Below are positions 1-8,739 of a stretch of 64,000 nt of DNA, piece by piece; the stretch's first letter is position 1, and the number at the start of each line of letters is the position of its first letter. Position numbers and translations under genes: made by a program. Source of the stretch: an uncultured delta proteobacterium (GTDB lineage: Bacteria; Desulfobacterota; Desulfobacteria; Desulfobacterales; JAHEIW01); assembly GCA_963706575.1 (NCBI GenBank), contig CAVPNL010000006.1:64001-128000 (forward strand), read 5' to 3'. The notes below the pieces were generated by a model. It saw nothing but the letters and a program-made list of their open reading frames with translations. It did not search any database and had not been told where the DNA came from.

Positions 1-2
1 CT

Positions 3-221
3 GGGGGTGCGGTTTATGACGCCGACCGATTAGTCGGCGGCGTCAACTTAGAGCGCGGCAAACAGAAAGTGGCCAGAATTTATCAGACGACAGAGAAGGT
101 GATTGAATTGGCGCAGGAGAAAGGCATTCCTACCTATCGGGCTGCCGATGTGGTTGCCGAAAAGCGATTGGAATCAATTCGCCATATAAAAAGTTACTGG
201 AATACCATGGAGATTCGATAA
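3..221 (+). CDS. C-terminal part of a Glu/Leu/Phe/Val dehydrogenase (leucine dehydrogenase-like), truncated by the window edge
   Basis: Hand translation of frame 3: GGAVYDADRLVGGVNLERGKQKVARIYQTTEKVIELAQEKGIPTYRAADVVAEKRL..., which matches the LeuDH C-terminal helix pattern; TAA at 219-221. Confidence 0.8.
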   Translation, partial: GGAVYDADRLVGGVNLERGKQKVARIYQTTEKVIELAQEKGIPTYRAADVVAEKRLESIRHIKSYWNTMEIR

Positions 222-235
222 AGGAGGTAAGGATC

Positions 236-1402
236 GTGGATAAAAACACAGTCTCAATTGTTAGAATAGAAGACGGTCAGGTGGAGAAAGCCGTGCGAAA
301 TGCGGTTGATTTGATGGGTGGAATTGAGACCATCGTTAACCCCGGCGAAAAGGTTTTGTTAAAAGTCAACTGGTGTGTCGTGCCCGAAGATCCAAAAGTC
401 GGTGTCGTTACAAATCCGGTGGTGGCGCGTGCTGTTGCCGACCTGATAAAAGAGGCGGGTGCCGAACCGATTATCGGGGATTCGGCTGCCAGGGGCGTCG
501 ACACGGATTTGGTTATCAAGGCCACTGGCTATGGAAAACTGGCCGACGAAGGTTACCAGATCGCGAACCTGGATAAAGAAGAAGTGATTAAGCTAGAATG
601 TCCGGATTCAGAACTGCTCCACACGATGAAGACCTTCGAGCTGGCAACCAAAGTCGATAAGATCATTGATATACCGCTTTTTAAAACCCATGATTCCGCT
701 GAGGCAACGCTTGGTCTGAAGAATATGAAGGGTTTATTACACGATGATCAAAAATCGAAATTACACCGCGAGGGTCTTTATACAGGTATCGCGGATGTCA
801 ATTTGCGCTTTCCACCGGACCTGGTTGTCTATGACGGGACCTGGGCCATGGAAGGATTAGGTCCGATGTATGGCATCCCCTTCGAATTGAACCTGATCCT
901 GGCAGCCCGAAATGTGGTGGCCGGTGACGCCGTGGCCGGAAGCATTATGGGATTTGAACCCGGAGAGCTGCTCGTTACAAAAGTGGCTTACGAACGCGGC
1001 CTCGGAGAGATGAATCTCGACAAAATCGCTATTGTTGGAGCGCCCCTTGAGTCGGTCAAGCGTCGTTTCAAACGCGTCGAGGAAGATGATCGCATCATCT
1101 ACCCCAACGTCAAAATTGTCCATTCTGAAGGGACCTGCACCGGCTGCAAGGTCGCCATCATGAGCAGCCTTTTCGACATGAAGAACAAAGGAATCCTGGA
1201 CCAGGCCGAGGGTTTCACCTTTACAACGGGTGATGTTGAACTGCCCTATGGAATCCCGCAGGAAAAAGTGGTTTCGGTGGGCATTTGCGTTCCCAAAGAG
1301 AAGCGGGGAACGCGCTGGTCAAAGGGTTGCCCCCCCAATAATGTCTACACCATCGAAGCCGTGACTGGCGTGGAAAGCAAAGATAGTTATTCGACGGATT
1401 GA
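236..1402 (+). CDS. DUF362 domain Fe-S protein
   Basis: GEKVLLKVN, TNPVV, KTHDSAEATLGLKNMKG and MEGLGP motifs; C-terminal CTGC..C..GCPP; RBS AAGGAGGT. Confidence 0.85.
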   Translation: MDKNTVSIVRIEDGQVEKAVRNAVDLMGGIETIVNPGEKVLLKVNWCVVPEDPKVGVVTNPVVARAVADLIKEAGAEPIIGDSAARGVDTDLVIKATGYGKLADEGYQIANLDKEEVIKLECPDSELLHTMKTFELATKVDKIIDIPLFKTHDSAEATLGLKNMKGLLHDDQKSKLHREGLYTGIADVNLRFPPDLVVYDGTWAMEGLGPMYGIPFELNLILAARNVVAGDAVAGSIMGFEPGELLVTKVAYERGLGEMNLDKIAIVGAPLESVKRRFKRVEEDDRIIYPNVKIVHSEGTCTGCKVAIMSSLFDMKNKGILDQAEGFTFTTGDVELPYGIPQEKVVSVGICVPKEKRGTRWSKGCPPNNVYTIEAVTGVESKDSYSTD

Positions 1403-1418
1403 ATAAAAAGGAAATGGC

Positions 1419-2594
1419 ATGGGCATAAAGGCGGAGGTTGATAAATTAAAAAAAGAGCTGATTGAACTCAGGCGAGATTTCCACCAACACCCGGAACTGG
1501 GGCTCGAGGAACACTGGACTGCTGATAAAATAGAGTCCTATTTGAAACCGCTTGGATTAGAAATCAGTCGTATCGGCGCGACCGGTGTTGTCGGGCTGCT
1601 AAAGGGGGCTCAACCCGGCCGCACCTTAATGCTGCGGGCCGATATAGATGCCTTGCCGGTGCAGGAAATGACTTCTGTACCTTATAAATCCGTCCATGAA
1701 GGTATGATGCATGCTTGTGGACATGATGGACACATGGCGATGCTGCTGGTCGCCGCCAGGATCCTTTGTGAACATAAAGACAAGATAAAGGGAAACATCA
1801 AATTTTTGTTTCAACCCAATGAGGAAAATATGCACGCCGGATTTTTGGTCGAAAAAGGGGTACTTGAGAATCCAACGGTGGATGCCGCCTTTGGGATTCA
1901 CCTCATGACACCATTGGAAACCGGAAAGATCGGGATCGCATCAGGTGCGGTGATGGCGGGCATGCATACCTTTAAATTAGTTATTAAAGGCAAAGGCGGG
2001 CATACCGGGTTTCCTCAGGAATCCATCGATCCGATTATCGCCGCAGCCAACCTTATCCAGACGACCCAAATCATTCAAAGCCGCGAAATCGATGCCTTCA
2101 AACCAACCGTCATCGTATTCGGGCGCATTGCGGGAGGGACCACATCAAATGTAATCCCCGACCAGGTGGAGCTGGAAGGAACGATACGGTATTTATATGA
2201 TGCGGATGCAGCGGGTGAAGACCATCCCTGCAAGAAATTTGAGCGCATTGTCAAGCATGTATGTGAGACCCACCGCACCCAATATGAGGTGGACTATCCC
2301 TATAACCATCCGGCGGTCATCAATGATGCTGAAATGGTGCAGTTTGTGAGGACAGCAGCCGCAAAGGTGGTTGATACAGAGGACAAGGTCGTTCCCTTTG
2401 TGACAATGGTCGGAGAGGATTTTTGCGAATTTGCAAACAGAGTTCCCAGCGCTTTTTATTTCATCGGTGCTGGAAATAAGGATAAGGGCGCGGATTACCC
2501 CCATCACCATGCCTGTTTTAATATCGATGAGGCGGCATTACCCATCGGCTTAGAAATGCATGTTCGAAGCGCCCTAGCGTTTTTAAGGCAGTAA
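1419..2594 (+). CDS. M20D family amidohydrolase
   Basis: HQHPELG, LRADIDAL, HACGHDGH, FQPNEE, GEDF, PHH motifs. Confidence 0.92.
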   Translation: MGIKAEVDKLKKELIELRRDFHQHPELGLEEHWTADKIESYLKPLGLEISRIGATGVVGLLKGAQPGRTLMLRADIDALPVQEMTSVPYKSVHEGMMHACGHDGHMAMLLVAARILCEHKDKIKGNIKFLFQPNEENMHAGFLVEKGVLENPTVDAAFGIHLMTPLETGKIGIASGAVMAGMHTFKLVIKGKGGHTGFPQESIDPIIAAANLIQTTQIIQSREIDAFKPTVIVFGRIAGGTTSNVIPDQVELEGTIRYLYDADAAGEDHPCKKFERIVKHVCETHRTQYEVDYPYNHPAVINDAEMVQFVRTAAAKVVDTEDKVVPFVTMVGEDFCEFANRVPSAFYFIGAGNKDKGADYPHHHACFNIDEAALPIGLEMHVRSALAFLRQ

Positions 2595-2628
2595 CGAATT
2601 ATTTTAACATAGAAGTGGTTTCAAAATC

Positions 2629-2910
2629 TCAGATCAAGCCTTTCTCAGATGCAAGTTCTTCGATCTCTTCAACCGACAGGCGATCCAGCTCTTCGATTGA
2701 TATGCCCAGCTCGGCTGCCGCTGATTGTTTTAAAGGCGCTACTTCGGGGTTATCTAAGAATTCGATCGAATGGGCACCGGAACCGTCTGCTTTGCCTTTA
2801 TGGCTTGATGATTCGTCTGCTTTTGTTTTGCGGGCCTGTCTTTTTGAATACCAGAGAAAAAGATTTAATGCGACTATGACAACGCCAAGCATCAGCAATA
2901 TAAGTTTCAT
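2629..2910 (-). CDS. Small membrane-anchored hypothetical protein
   Basis: N-terminal TM helix (MKLILLMLGVVIVALNLFLW) and acidic C-terminus; GAGG RBS and sigma28-like promoter upstream; start moved to ATG 2910. Confidence 0.7.
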   Translation of the reverse strand: MKLILLMLGVVIVALNLFLWYSKRQARKTKADESSSHKGKADGSGAHSIEFLDNPEVAPLKQSAAAELGISIEELDRLSVEEIEELASEKGLI

Positions 2911-2930
2911 TTTAAAATACCTCTTATAAC

Positions 2931-2957
2931 ATATTGGCATTTTTTGCAGATACTTTA
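2931..2957 (-). promoter_or_regulatory. sigma28 (FliA)-type promoter
   Basis: Minus strand TAAAGTAT-N11-GCCAATAT versus consensus TAAAGTTT-N11-GCCGATAA, 20 nt before ATG 2910. Confidence 0.65.
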
Positions 2958-2964
2958 GGGCGGG

Positions 2965-3004
2965 AAAAAAGAAAAGCGGCGCATCGACACCGGGGGCAGC
3001 GCCG
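2965..3004 (-). terminator. Intrinsic terminator with no CDS directly upstream
   Basis: Minus strand CGGCGC-loop-GCGCCG followed by CTTTTCTTTTTT. Confidence 0.55.
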
Positions 3005-3190
3005 TATATGACACCTTTGCACCGATCAGTGCTGAAACATCATGAAAAAAGGAGTCTTTCCTGTTGGGTAATTTTATGTTATATTATTATTCAGTTTGTG
3101 AGAGTCCAAAATCGGGGGGGCAGTTCATAGCGGGTTGCCCCCTTTCTTTAAGGCCGTTACAACCGAATCATATGCTAAGGGGGGAAAGCT

Positions 3191-3376
3191 TTGGGCAATT
3201 TCACCTTCATCGGTATTAGCTTAATTGGTTTCGCGATAATTTTTATTTTACTTCTGATTCTACCCAGGGTAAAAGGCAAAAGCGACGATCATTCAATACC
3301 ACAGAATTCTTCCCTTACCTCCCACCGCAACTCCCATCCTCAATCGACAGGCCCGAAGAGAGTCTACAGGATTTAG
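3191..3376 (+). CDS. 61-aa single-TM peptide
   Basis: TTG start after AAGGGGGG; hydrophobic N-terminal 24 aa followed by PRVKGK. Confidence 0.55.
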   Translation: MGNFTFIGISLIGFAIIFILLLILPRVKGKSDDHSIPQNSSLTSHRNSHPQSTGPKRVYRI

Positions 3377-3420
3377 CCGGACGATACCCTTTTTTAAAAT
3401 TTGAAACCCTCAATTTAGGT

Positions 3421-3447
3421 TTAAGTTAATTCTCAAATTGCCGATAT
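3421..3447 (+). promoter_or_regulatory. sigma28 (FliA)-type promoter
   Basis: TTAAGTTA-N11-GCCGATAT. Confidence 0.7.
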
Positions 3448-3557
3448 AGCCTAGTGAGCGGAGCTACACGATGGTGCAGCCCACTCAATGGGTTGGGGTG
3501 GCTTCCCTCTTCCGGGAAGCCACCCTGATTTCCATTTTATGTGAGGGGCTAATCTGA

Positions 3558-3749
3558 ATGGCTGAAATGACGAAACAGGAAAAAAACCTTCTCAAGAACA
3601 AGTTAGAGTATCTTAAATTAGCCTATCGTATTTCGATATACCGGCTATCAGGAGAAGAAGCACCCGAAGAACTTCTTAAAAAAGCCAGAACCACCAGAAT
3701 TGCGGCTGATTTTTCGAAAGAAGAACTGGATAATGTTTTAAAATGCTGA
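3558..3749 (+). CDS. 63-aa helical hypothetical protein
   Basis: GAGGGG RBS, ATG start, protein-like composition. Confidence 0.65.
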   Translation: MAEMTKQEKNLLKNKLEYLKLAYRISIYRLSGEEAPEELLKKARTTRIAADFSKEELDNVLKC

Positions 3750-3832
3750 GTTTTTTCCATACCGTATTGTCCATCGCTATCGGTTTACTGGTAGTTGTCG
3801 TTATCTGGTTTCAATTAAAGCGTTTAAATTAA
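3743..3832 (+). CDS. 29-aa hydrophobic micro-protein MLSFFHTVLSIAIGLLVVVVIWFQLKRLN
   Basis: Hand translation; ATG overlaps the upstream stop (ATGCTGA); one TM helix with a basic tail. Confidence 0.45.
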   Translation: MLSFFHTVLSIAIGLLVVVVIWFQLKRLN

Positions 3833-3836
3833 CATA

Positions 3837-3911
3837 ATGAAAAAATTACTAATAACAGCATTGGCCTTTATTCTATTTTTCCTGGCTTATGCTTCCAGCG
3901 CACCGTTCTAA
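3837..3911 (+). CDS. 24-aa signal-peptide-like micro-ORF MKKLLITALAFILFFLAYASSAPF
   Basis: Hand translation; starts 4 nt after the previous stop; n/h/c signal-peptide layout but no mature domain. Confidence 0.4.
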   Translation: MKKLLITALAFILFFLAYASSAPF

Positions 3912-3925
3912 CCGAGGGCAACAAC

Positions 3926-4102
3926 ATGGCTAAAAGAAAAACATATTGTACCAATTTGGATGCCGAGCTGATGAAAGAAATCAGGATTCTTTCAGCCCTG
4001 CAGGTAAAGCGTCAAAATGACCTCCTTGAAGAAGCAATTAAAGATCTGCTTAAAAAATACAGTCATCTTGAACCTTCCCCGGGGCTTTCGATGGTTGAGT
4101 AA
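3926..4102 (+). CDS. Ribbon-helix-helix DNA-binding protein (58 aa, missed by the ORF track)
   Basis: MAKRKTYCTNLDAELMKEIRILSALQVKRQNDLLEEAIKDLLKKY fits the beta-alpha-alpha RHH pattern; GAGGG RBS. Confidence 0.8.
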   Translation: MAKRKTYCTNLDAELMKEIRILSALQVKRQNDLLEEAIKDLLKKYSHLEPSPGLSMVE

Positions 4103-4376
4103 TTCTAAAAACCCCTTGCTCCTCTCCTATTTAAGCCGGACAAATCCGCCTCACAGTCCTCTATCAAGCAACCCAGGCTCTCAAATTAATGAAACAGCAC
4201 GTAATTCCCGCAAAAGCGCAGCATCCCTTGTTGCGGAATTTTCTCATTGCTCCTTGAGTTGAAAGTATGCCATAGTTTTCAGGTTAAACCGCCGGAACCA
4301 GAAGCAATCATGTTTTAATCGCCTGAATATCGTGTATGCGGTTTTATAACACGCCAAAACCTAAAGAGGTCTTCTC

Positions 4377-5546
4377 ATGGAGAATCTACAACAACTGGTG
4401 AGTGCACAAAAAGATCGAATCATTGAAATACGTCGCGACCTGCATCGGATTCCCGAAACGGCCTACACGGAAAAGAAAACTTCGGCATATGTGGCCGATT
4501 ATTTAAATAATCTGGGGCTTGAAGTACAGACCGGAATTGCCCAATATGGCGTGGTGGGGCTGATGAAAACCGATCGACCGGGCCCGACCTTAATGATCCG
4601 TGCCGATATGGATGCCCTGCCGTTAATAGAAGATACGGGGCTTGTTTTTGCATCCGAACATGAAGGCGTGATGCATGCCTGCGGTCACGACGCGCATATG
4701 GCGATGGTTTTAGGGGCGGCGACCGTCCTCAACAAAATCAAAGATGAGCTCAAGGGCAATATCAAGTTTTTATTCCAACCGGCGGAAGAAGGACCCGGCG
4801 GGGCCAAGCCCATGATCGAAGCCGGCGTGATGGAAAATCCAAAGGTGGACTATTCGATCGGCTGCCATGTGTGGCCGGATATTCAAGAGGGAACCATCGG
4901 CGTTCGGCCGGGAGCGTTCATGGCAGCCATGGATCGCTTTGATATTAAAATAAAGGGAAAAGGGGGACATGGCGCCATGCCGCACCTGTGTGCAGACGCC
5001 CTTGAAGTGGGCACCCAGGTTGTCAATGCCCTGCAACGGATTACGAGTCGGCAGATGGATCCGCTACAACCGACCGTCGTAACCGTCGGCACTTTTCACG
5101 CCGGCAGCGCCTTTAACATTATCCCCGGAGAAGCCGAAATGAGCGGCACCACGCGGACCTTCGACCCGGAAACCTGGAACACATGGGAATCGCGCCTTGA
5201 AAAGGTGATTCGGGGCGTGTGTGAATCGATGGATGTCGATTTTGAACTCAAATACAGCCAGGGATACCCGGTTTTGGTTAACGATGAATCCGCAGCCGAA
5301 GTTGTGCGCCGCTGTGCAGAGAAAGTCGTCGGTAAAGATCGAGTCTTGGTGCCCCAAAAGACCATGGGAGGTGAAGATTTTGCCTTCTATCTGCAACAGT
5401 CTAAAGGATGTTTTTTCGCTCTCGGTGTGGGTCGAGAAGGCGCTGCGCCGATTCACAATCCCAAATTTGATTTTAATGAAGATGTTATGCTGCTGGGCCT
5501 GGAAACCCATTGCCAGGTCGGGCTTGATTTACTTAAACTTAAGTAA
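4377..5546 (+). CDS. M20D family amidohydrolase (second paralog)
   Basis: HRIPETAY, RADMDAL, HACGHDAH, FQPAEEG, GGEDF motifs. Confidence 0.92.
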   Translation: MENLQQLVSAQKDRIIEIRRDLHRIPETAYTEKKTSAYVADYLNNLGLEVQTGIAQYGVVGLMKTDRPGPTLMIRADMDALPLIEDTGLVFASEHEGVMHACGHDAHMAMVLGAATVLNKIKDELKGNIKFLFQPAEEGPGGAKPMIEAGVMENPKVDYSIGCHVWPDIQEGTIGVRPGAFMAAMDRFDIKIKGKGGHGAMPHLCADALEVGTQVVNALQRITSRQMDPLQPTVVTVGTFHAGSAFNIIPGEAEMSGTTRTFDPETWNTWESRLEKVIRGVCESMDVDFELKYSQGYPVLVNDESAAEVVRRCAEKVVGKDRVLVPQKTMGGEDFAFYLQQSKGCFFALGVGREGAAPIHNPKFDFNEDVMLLGLETHCQVGLDLLKLK

Positions 5547-5566
5547 CGGATCTTTACCGCAAAATC

Positions 5567-6649
5567 CTACCGGAACTCCGCCGCAATTTCATCATCCACG
5601 CCGAAAATGTATGAAATTAACGCCGCGCGCATCCACATGCCGTTGCGTTCCTGCTTCCAGTAAACCGCACGCGGATCTTTGTCGACGTCAACCTCGATTT
5701 CATAACGGCGCGGCAGCGGGTGCATGAGGATGCAGTGGGATTGGATCACCGACAGATGCTCTTTGGTGAAATGGAAATTCGGGTAGACATCGGATTCTTC
5801 AGCCGGGGCTTCGGAATATTCTTTTTGAATGCGGGTCATGTATATGGCGTCCACATGGGGCATCACGCTGGCAAAATCATCGGTTTCGTGGAATTCGATA
5901 CGATGTTTTTTCAGGAAGGTTTTGATATCATCTTTCATCTGAAATATTTCCGGTGAGACAAAATACAGGCTGATGTCTTTATAATTTCTCATCAGATAAC
6001 TCAGCGAGCGCACCGTGCGGCCGCGTTTTAAATCCCCCACCATGGCAATTTTTTTACCATCCAGGCCGCCGATGTTTCGAAAAGAGCGCTCCAGGGTGTA
6101 GATATCCAGCAGCGCCTGGGTGGGGTGCTGATCGGGCCCGGAGCCGCCGTTTATGACAGCGACCGGCAGTTTGTTTTGATTCAGAATCCAACCGGTTTTT
6201 TCGGCAAACCCGGCTTCTGGGTGTCGAATAATGATCAGGTCCACATAGCTGGCAAATGTGCGGATGGTGTCTTCCTGGGACTCGCCTTTTACCTCCGAGC
6301 TGGTGGTGGTGCCGCGAATCTCCGATATTTTCATTCCCAGAATGTGGCAGGCATTGAGAAAGGATATAAAGGTGCGGGTAGAGGGCTGAACAAAATACAG
6401 CATGGCGCGCTTATGGGAAAGCAGGCCGCTCAATTTGCGGGCGCCCATTTTGGTCAGGGCCATTCGACGGATCTGGGTGGCCAGCCGGCACATAGAATCC
6501 AGAAAAGAGCGGTCAAACTGCTGGGCAAACAAAATATCCAGCATGCGGCCGTTGCGCATAAAGAAATCGAGCTTCTCACTTTTTTCAATGTTATAAAAGT
6601 CTTCCCAGCCCTTGTAGTTTTGGATCGTGACTTCTTTTGGCTTATCCAT
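5567..6649 (-). CDS. pyrB: Aspartate carbamoyltransferase catalytic subunit
   Basis: PSTRT, KGES, HPTQ, GDLKRGRTVRSL, TRIQKE and HPLPR motifs. Confidence 0.9.
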   Translation of the reverse strand: MDKPKEVTIQNYKGWEDFYNIEKSEKLDFFMRNGRMLDILFAQQFDRSFLDSMCRLATQIRRMALTKMGARKLSGLLSHKRAMLYFVQPSTRTFISFLNACHILGMKISEIRGTTTSSEVKGESQEDTIRTFASYVDLIIIRHPEAGFAEKTGWILNQNKLPVAVINGGSGPDQHPTQALLDIYTLERSFRNIGGLDGKKIAMVGDLKRGRTVRSLSYLMRNYKDISLYFVSPEIFQMKDDIKTFLKKHRIEFHETDDFASVMPHVDAIYMTRIQKEYSEAPAEESDVYPNFHFTKEHLSVIQSHCILMHPLPRRYEIEVDVDKDPRAVYWKQERNGMWMRAALISYIFGVDDEIAAEFR

Positions 6650-6740
6650 GATGCCTATCCTTCCTTTATTAATTGGATTCTCATATAATTAAAGGAAGAA
6701 TTTTGGTTTTGCAATAACAAGTAAACATTTAAAAGCACCT

Positions 6741-7067
6741 TTAGAATATTTCGCCGACGACGGACCTAAACCATCCAATATTTTTTTCATCCAACTGATA
6801 GCAGGTAGCGGTGCCTTCGATAATGCCGGAGATCCAGCCGGCGTCTCTGAGCACCTTAAGATGCTGCGACACAGTAGCCTGGGCAATAGGGAGATATTCG
6901 ACAATATCGCCCGTGATGCATCCCGGATGAGTCACCAGAAACTTGATGATTTCAAACCGGATAGGATTTCCTAATGCTTTGAGCATACCGATCAATTGCT
7001 CCTGTTTCTTGCCGGAAATATTCAATGTACAGCATGCGGGAGGTATCACTGTTTTTGTCTGTGGCAT
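6741..7067 (-). CDS. ArsR/SmtB family regulator
   Basis: KALGNPIR, VSQHLKVL HTH, N-terminal CC and helix Cys; alternative start at 7082. Confidence 0.9.
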   Translation of the reverse strand: MPQTKTVIPPACCTLNISGKKQEQLIGMLKALGNPIRFEIIKFLVTHPGCITGDIVEYLPIAQATVSQHLKVLRDAGWISGIIEGTATCYQLDEKNIGWFRSVVGEIF

Positions 7068-7084
7068 GTTATTCGATTCCATCC

Positions 7085-7132
7085 ATCGTATTTTTACGAT
7101 AAACAATATCAGGCTGAATACGGGATTGTCAA
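7085..7132 (-). promoter_or_regulatory. sigma70 promoter with palindromic ArsR operator
   Basis: TTGACA-N18-TATTGT followed by ATCGTA-N4-TACGAT palindrome (7085-7100). Confidence 0.7.
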
Positions 7133-7224
7133 CCCCTGTCTTAATTATTTGATAAAAATTTTTTTGTGAGGTAGAAGAATCTCATTTTTTGCTAAAATAA
7201 GCGTTACGAATAACGGATATTCGT

Positions 7225-8574
7225 GTGAAAATTGAAATCAGGCGGCAAAATGATCATCCTTTTGTGAAGTCTCCCCATAAGACCCTGTTATCCATGTCTT
7301 TGCCGGTGCTGTTGTCGCTGGTGGCAGAACCGTTGACCGGCCTGGTGGATACGGCTTTTGTGGCCCGACTGGGAGCGGGATCCCTGGCTGCATTGGGCGC
7401 CGGTACGGTCGCGCTTTCAAGCGTTTTCTGGGCATTTAATTTTTTAGGCATTGGAAGCCAAACCGAAGTGGCCCAGGCATACGGCAGGAAGGAGCTAAAA
7501 CGGACAGCCGAAATTGGCGGCCTGGCAATCGCCTTAAGCGTCGCCATCGGAGGGCTTATGGTGCTTGGCGGCCTGCCGCTGGTGCCCATTCTATCCACTG
7601 TAATGGGAGCCGAGGGCGACGTCCATGACTTTGCTTCCCAATACATTCAGGTGCGCCTGTTCGGGGCACCGGCGGTCCTGGTGAGCCTGGCGGTCTTCGG
7701 TATCCTTAGAGGTTTGCAGGATATGCAGACTCCGTTCCGGGTGGCGGTCAGTATCAACATCTTAAATGTCATATTGGACCCCTTGCTCATATTCGGATAT
7801 GGGCCGTTTCCGCGACTCGGGATATTCGGTGCCGGACTGGCCAGCGTCATCAGCCAGTGGATCGGTGCCCTCTGGGCGCTGACGGTCGTCCTCCACCGCC
7901 TGGGGATTCCGGATCGCATCCGCCTGGGCGACGTTCTGAAGCTTTTTCAAATCGGCCGTGACTTGTTTGTCCGCACCGGCCTGCTGACGGCTTTTTTTAT
8001 CTTTACTACCCGGGCAGCGACGCGTATCGGCCCGGATGCCGGGGCCGCCCACCAGGCGATTCGGCAGGTGTGGGTGTTTACCGCTCTTTTCCTGGATGCT
8101 TATGCCATTACCGGCCAAAGTTTGATTGGATATTTTATGGGACCCGGCCGCCTGGAACAGGCAAAACGCGTGGCCCGGCTGGTTTGTGGCTGGAGCGCGG
8201 CAACAGGCGTTGTTTTAAGTGCGGCCATGTGGCTGGGTCAGGATTTTGTTGTCCGGCTGCTGCTGCCGCCATCGGCTGTTCCCATCTTTTTTTCGCCCTG
8301 GCTTATGGCCGTGATTACCCAGCCGATCAATGCCCTGGCTTTTGCCACCGACGGCATTCACTGGGGAACCGGAGATTTTCGCTTCCTGCGCAATGTGATG
8401 ATTTCCGCCACTATCTTCGGTGGAATTGCCATTTACCTGCTCGATGAAAGTGTCTCGGGAGCCCTGACCTGGATCTGGTTGATCACCATATGCTGGATTA
8501 CGATCCGGGCAGTCTTTGGGGTGATGCGGATTTGGCCGGGTTTGGGGAAGAGTCCCTTAAGAAAAAGTGACTAA
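7225..8574 (+). CDS. MATE efflux transporter (DinF-like)
   Basis: EPLTGLVDTAFVARLG, about 12 TM helices, AAHQ, DGI motifs. Confidence 0.9.
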   Translation: MKIEIRRQNDHPFVKSPHKTLLSMSLPVLLSLVAEPLTGLVDTAFVARLGAGSLAALGAGTVALSSVFWAFNFLGIGSQTEVAQAYGRKELKRTAEIGGLAIALSVAIGGLMVLGGLPLVPILSTVMGAEGDVHDFASQYIQVRLFGAPAVLVSLAVFGILRGLQDMQTPFRVAVSINILNVILDPLLIFGYGPFPRLGIFGAGLASVISQWIGALWALTVVLHRLGIPDRIRLGDVLKLFQIGRDLFVRTGLLTAFFIFTTRAATRIGPDAGAAHQAIRQVWVFTALFLDAYAITGQSLIGYFMGPGRLEQAKRVARLVCGWSAATGVVLSAAMWLGQDFVVRLLLPPSAVPIFFSPWLMAVITQPINALAFATDGIHWGTGDFRFLRNVMISATIFGGIAIYLLDESVSGALTWIWLITICWITIRAVFGVMRIWPGLGKSPLRKSD

Positions 8575-8723
8575 AATGCCTAAAGTGAGCTAAAGTGACT
8601 AAAGTTATGGCGTCGCTCGTGCAGCGCAGGCGCTTGCGCCGCGTGGCGCTCCATCTTTTTAAATTTAAATGGCAGAATTCCTTAACTTTAGGCACTTTAG
8701 ATCACTTCTCACTTTAGTCACTT
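8565..8723. repeat. Inverted arrays of 9-10-bp CTAAAGTG-type units around a GC hairpin (REP/MITE-like)
   Basis: Left arm AAGTGACTAA-AATGCCTAA-AGTGAGCTAA-AGTGACTAA-AGTT; right arm AACTTTAGGCACTTTAGATCACTT..CACTTTAGTCACTT. Confidence 0.8.
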
Positions 8724-8739
8724 ATCATAGGAGGTTTTC

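Noticed and set aside
4017..4262. 81-aa ORF from the track
   Set aside because: Overlaps the better-supported RHH ORF (3926-4102) and has no recognisable features
8565..8723. CRISPR array
   Set aside because: Units are 9-10 bp without unique spacers, arranged as inverted arms, and there are no cas genes
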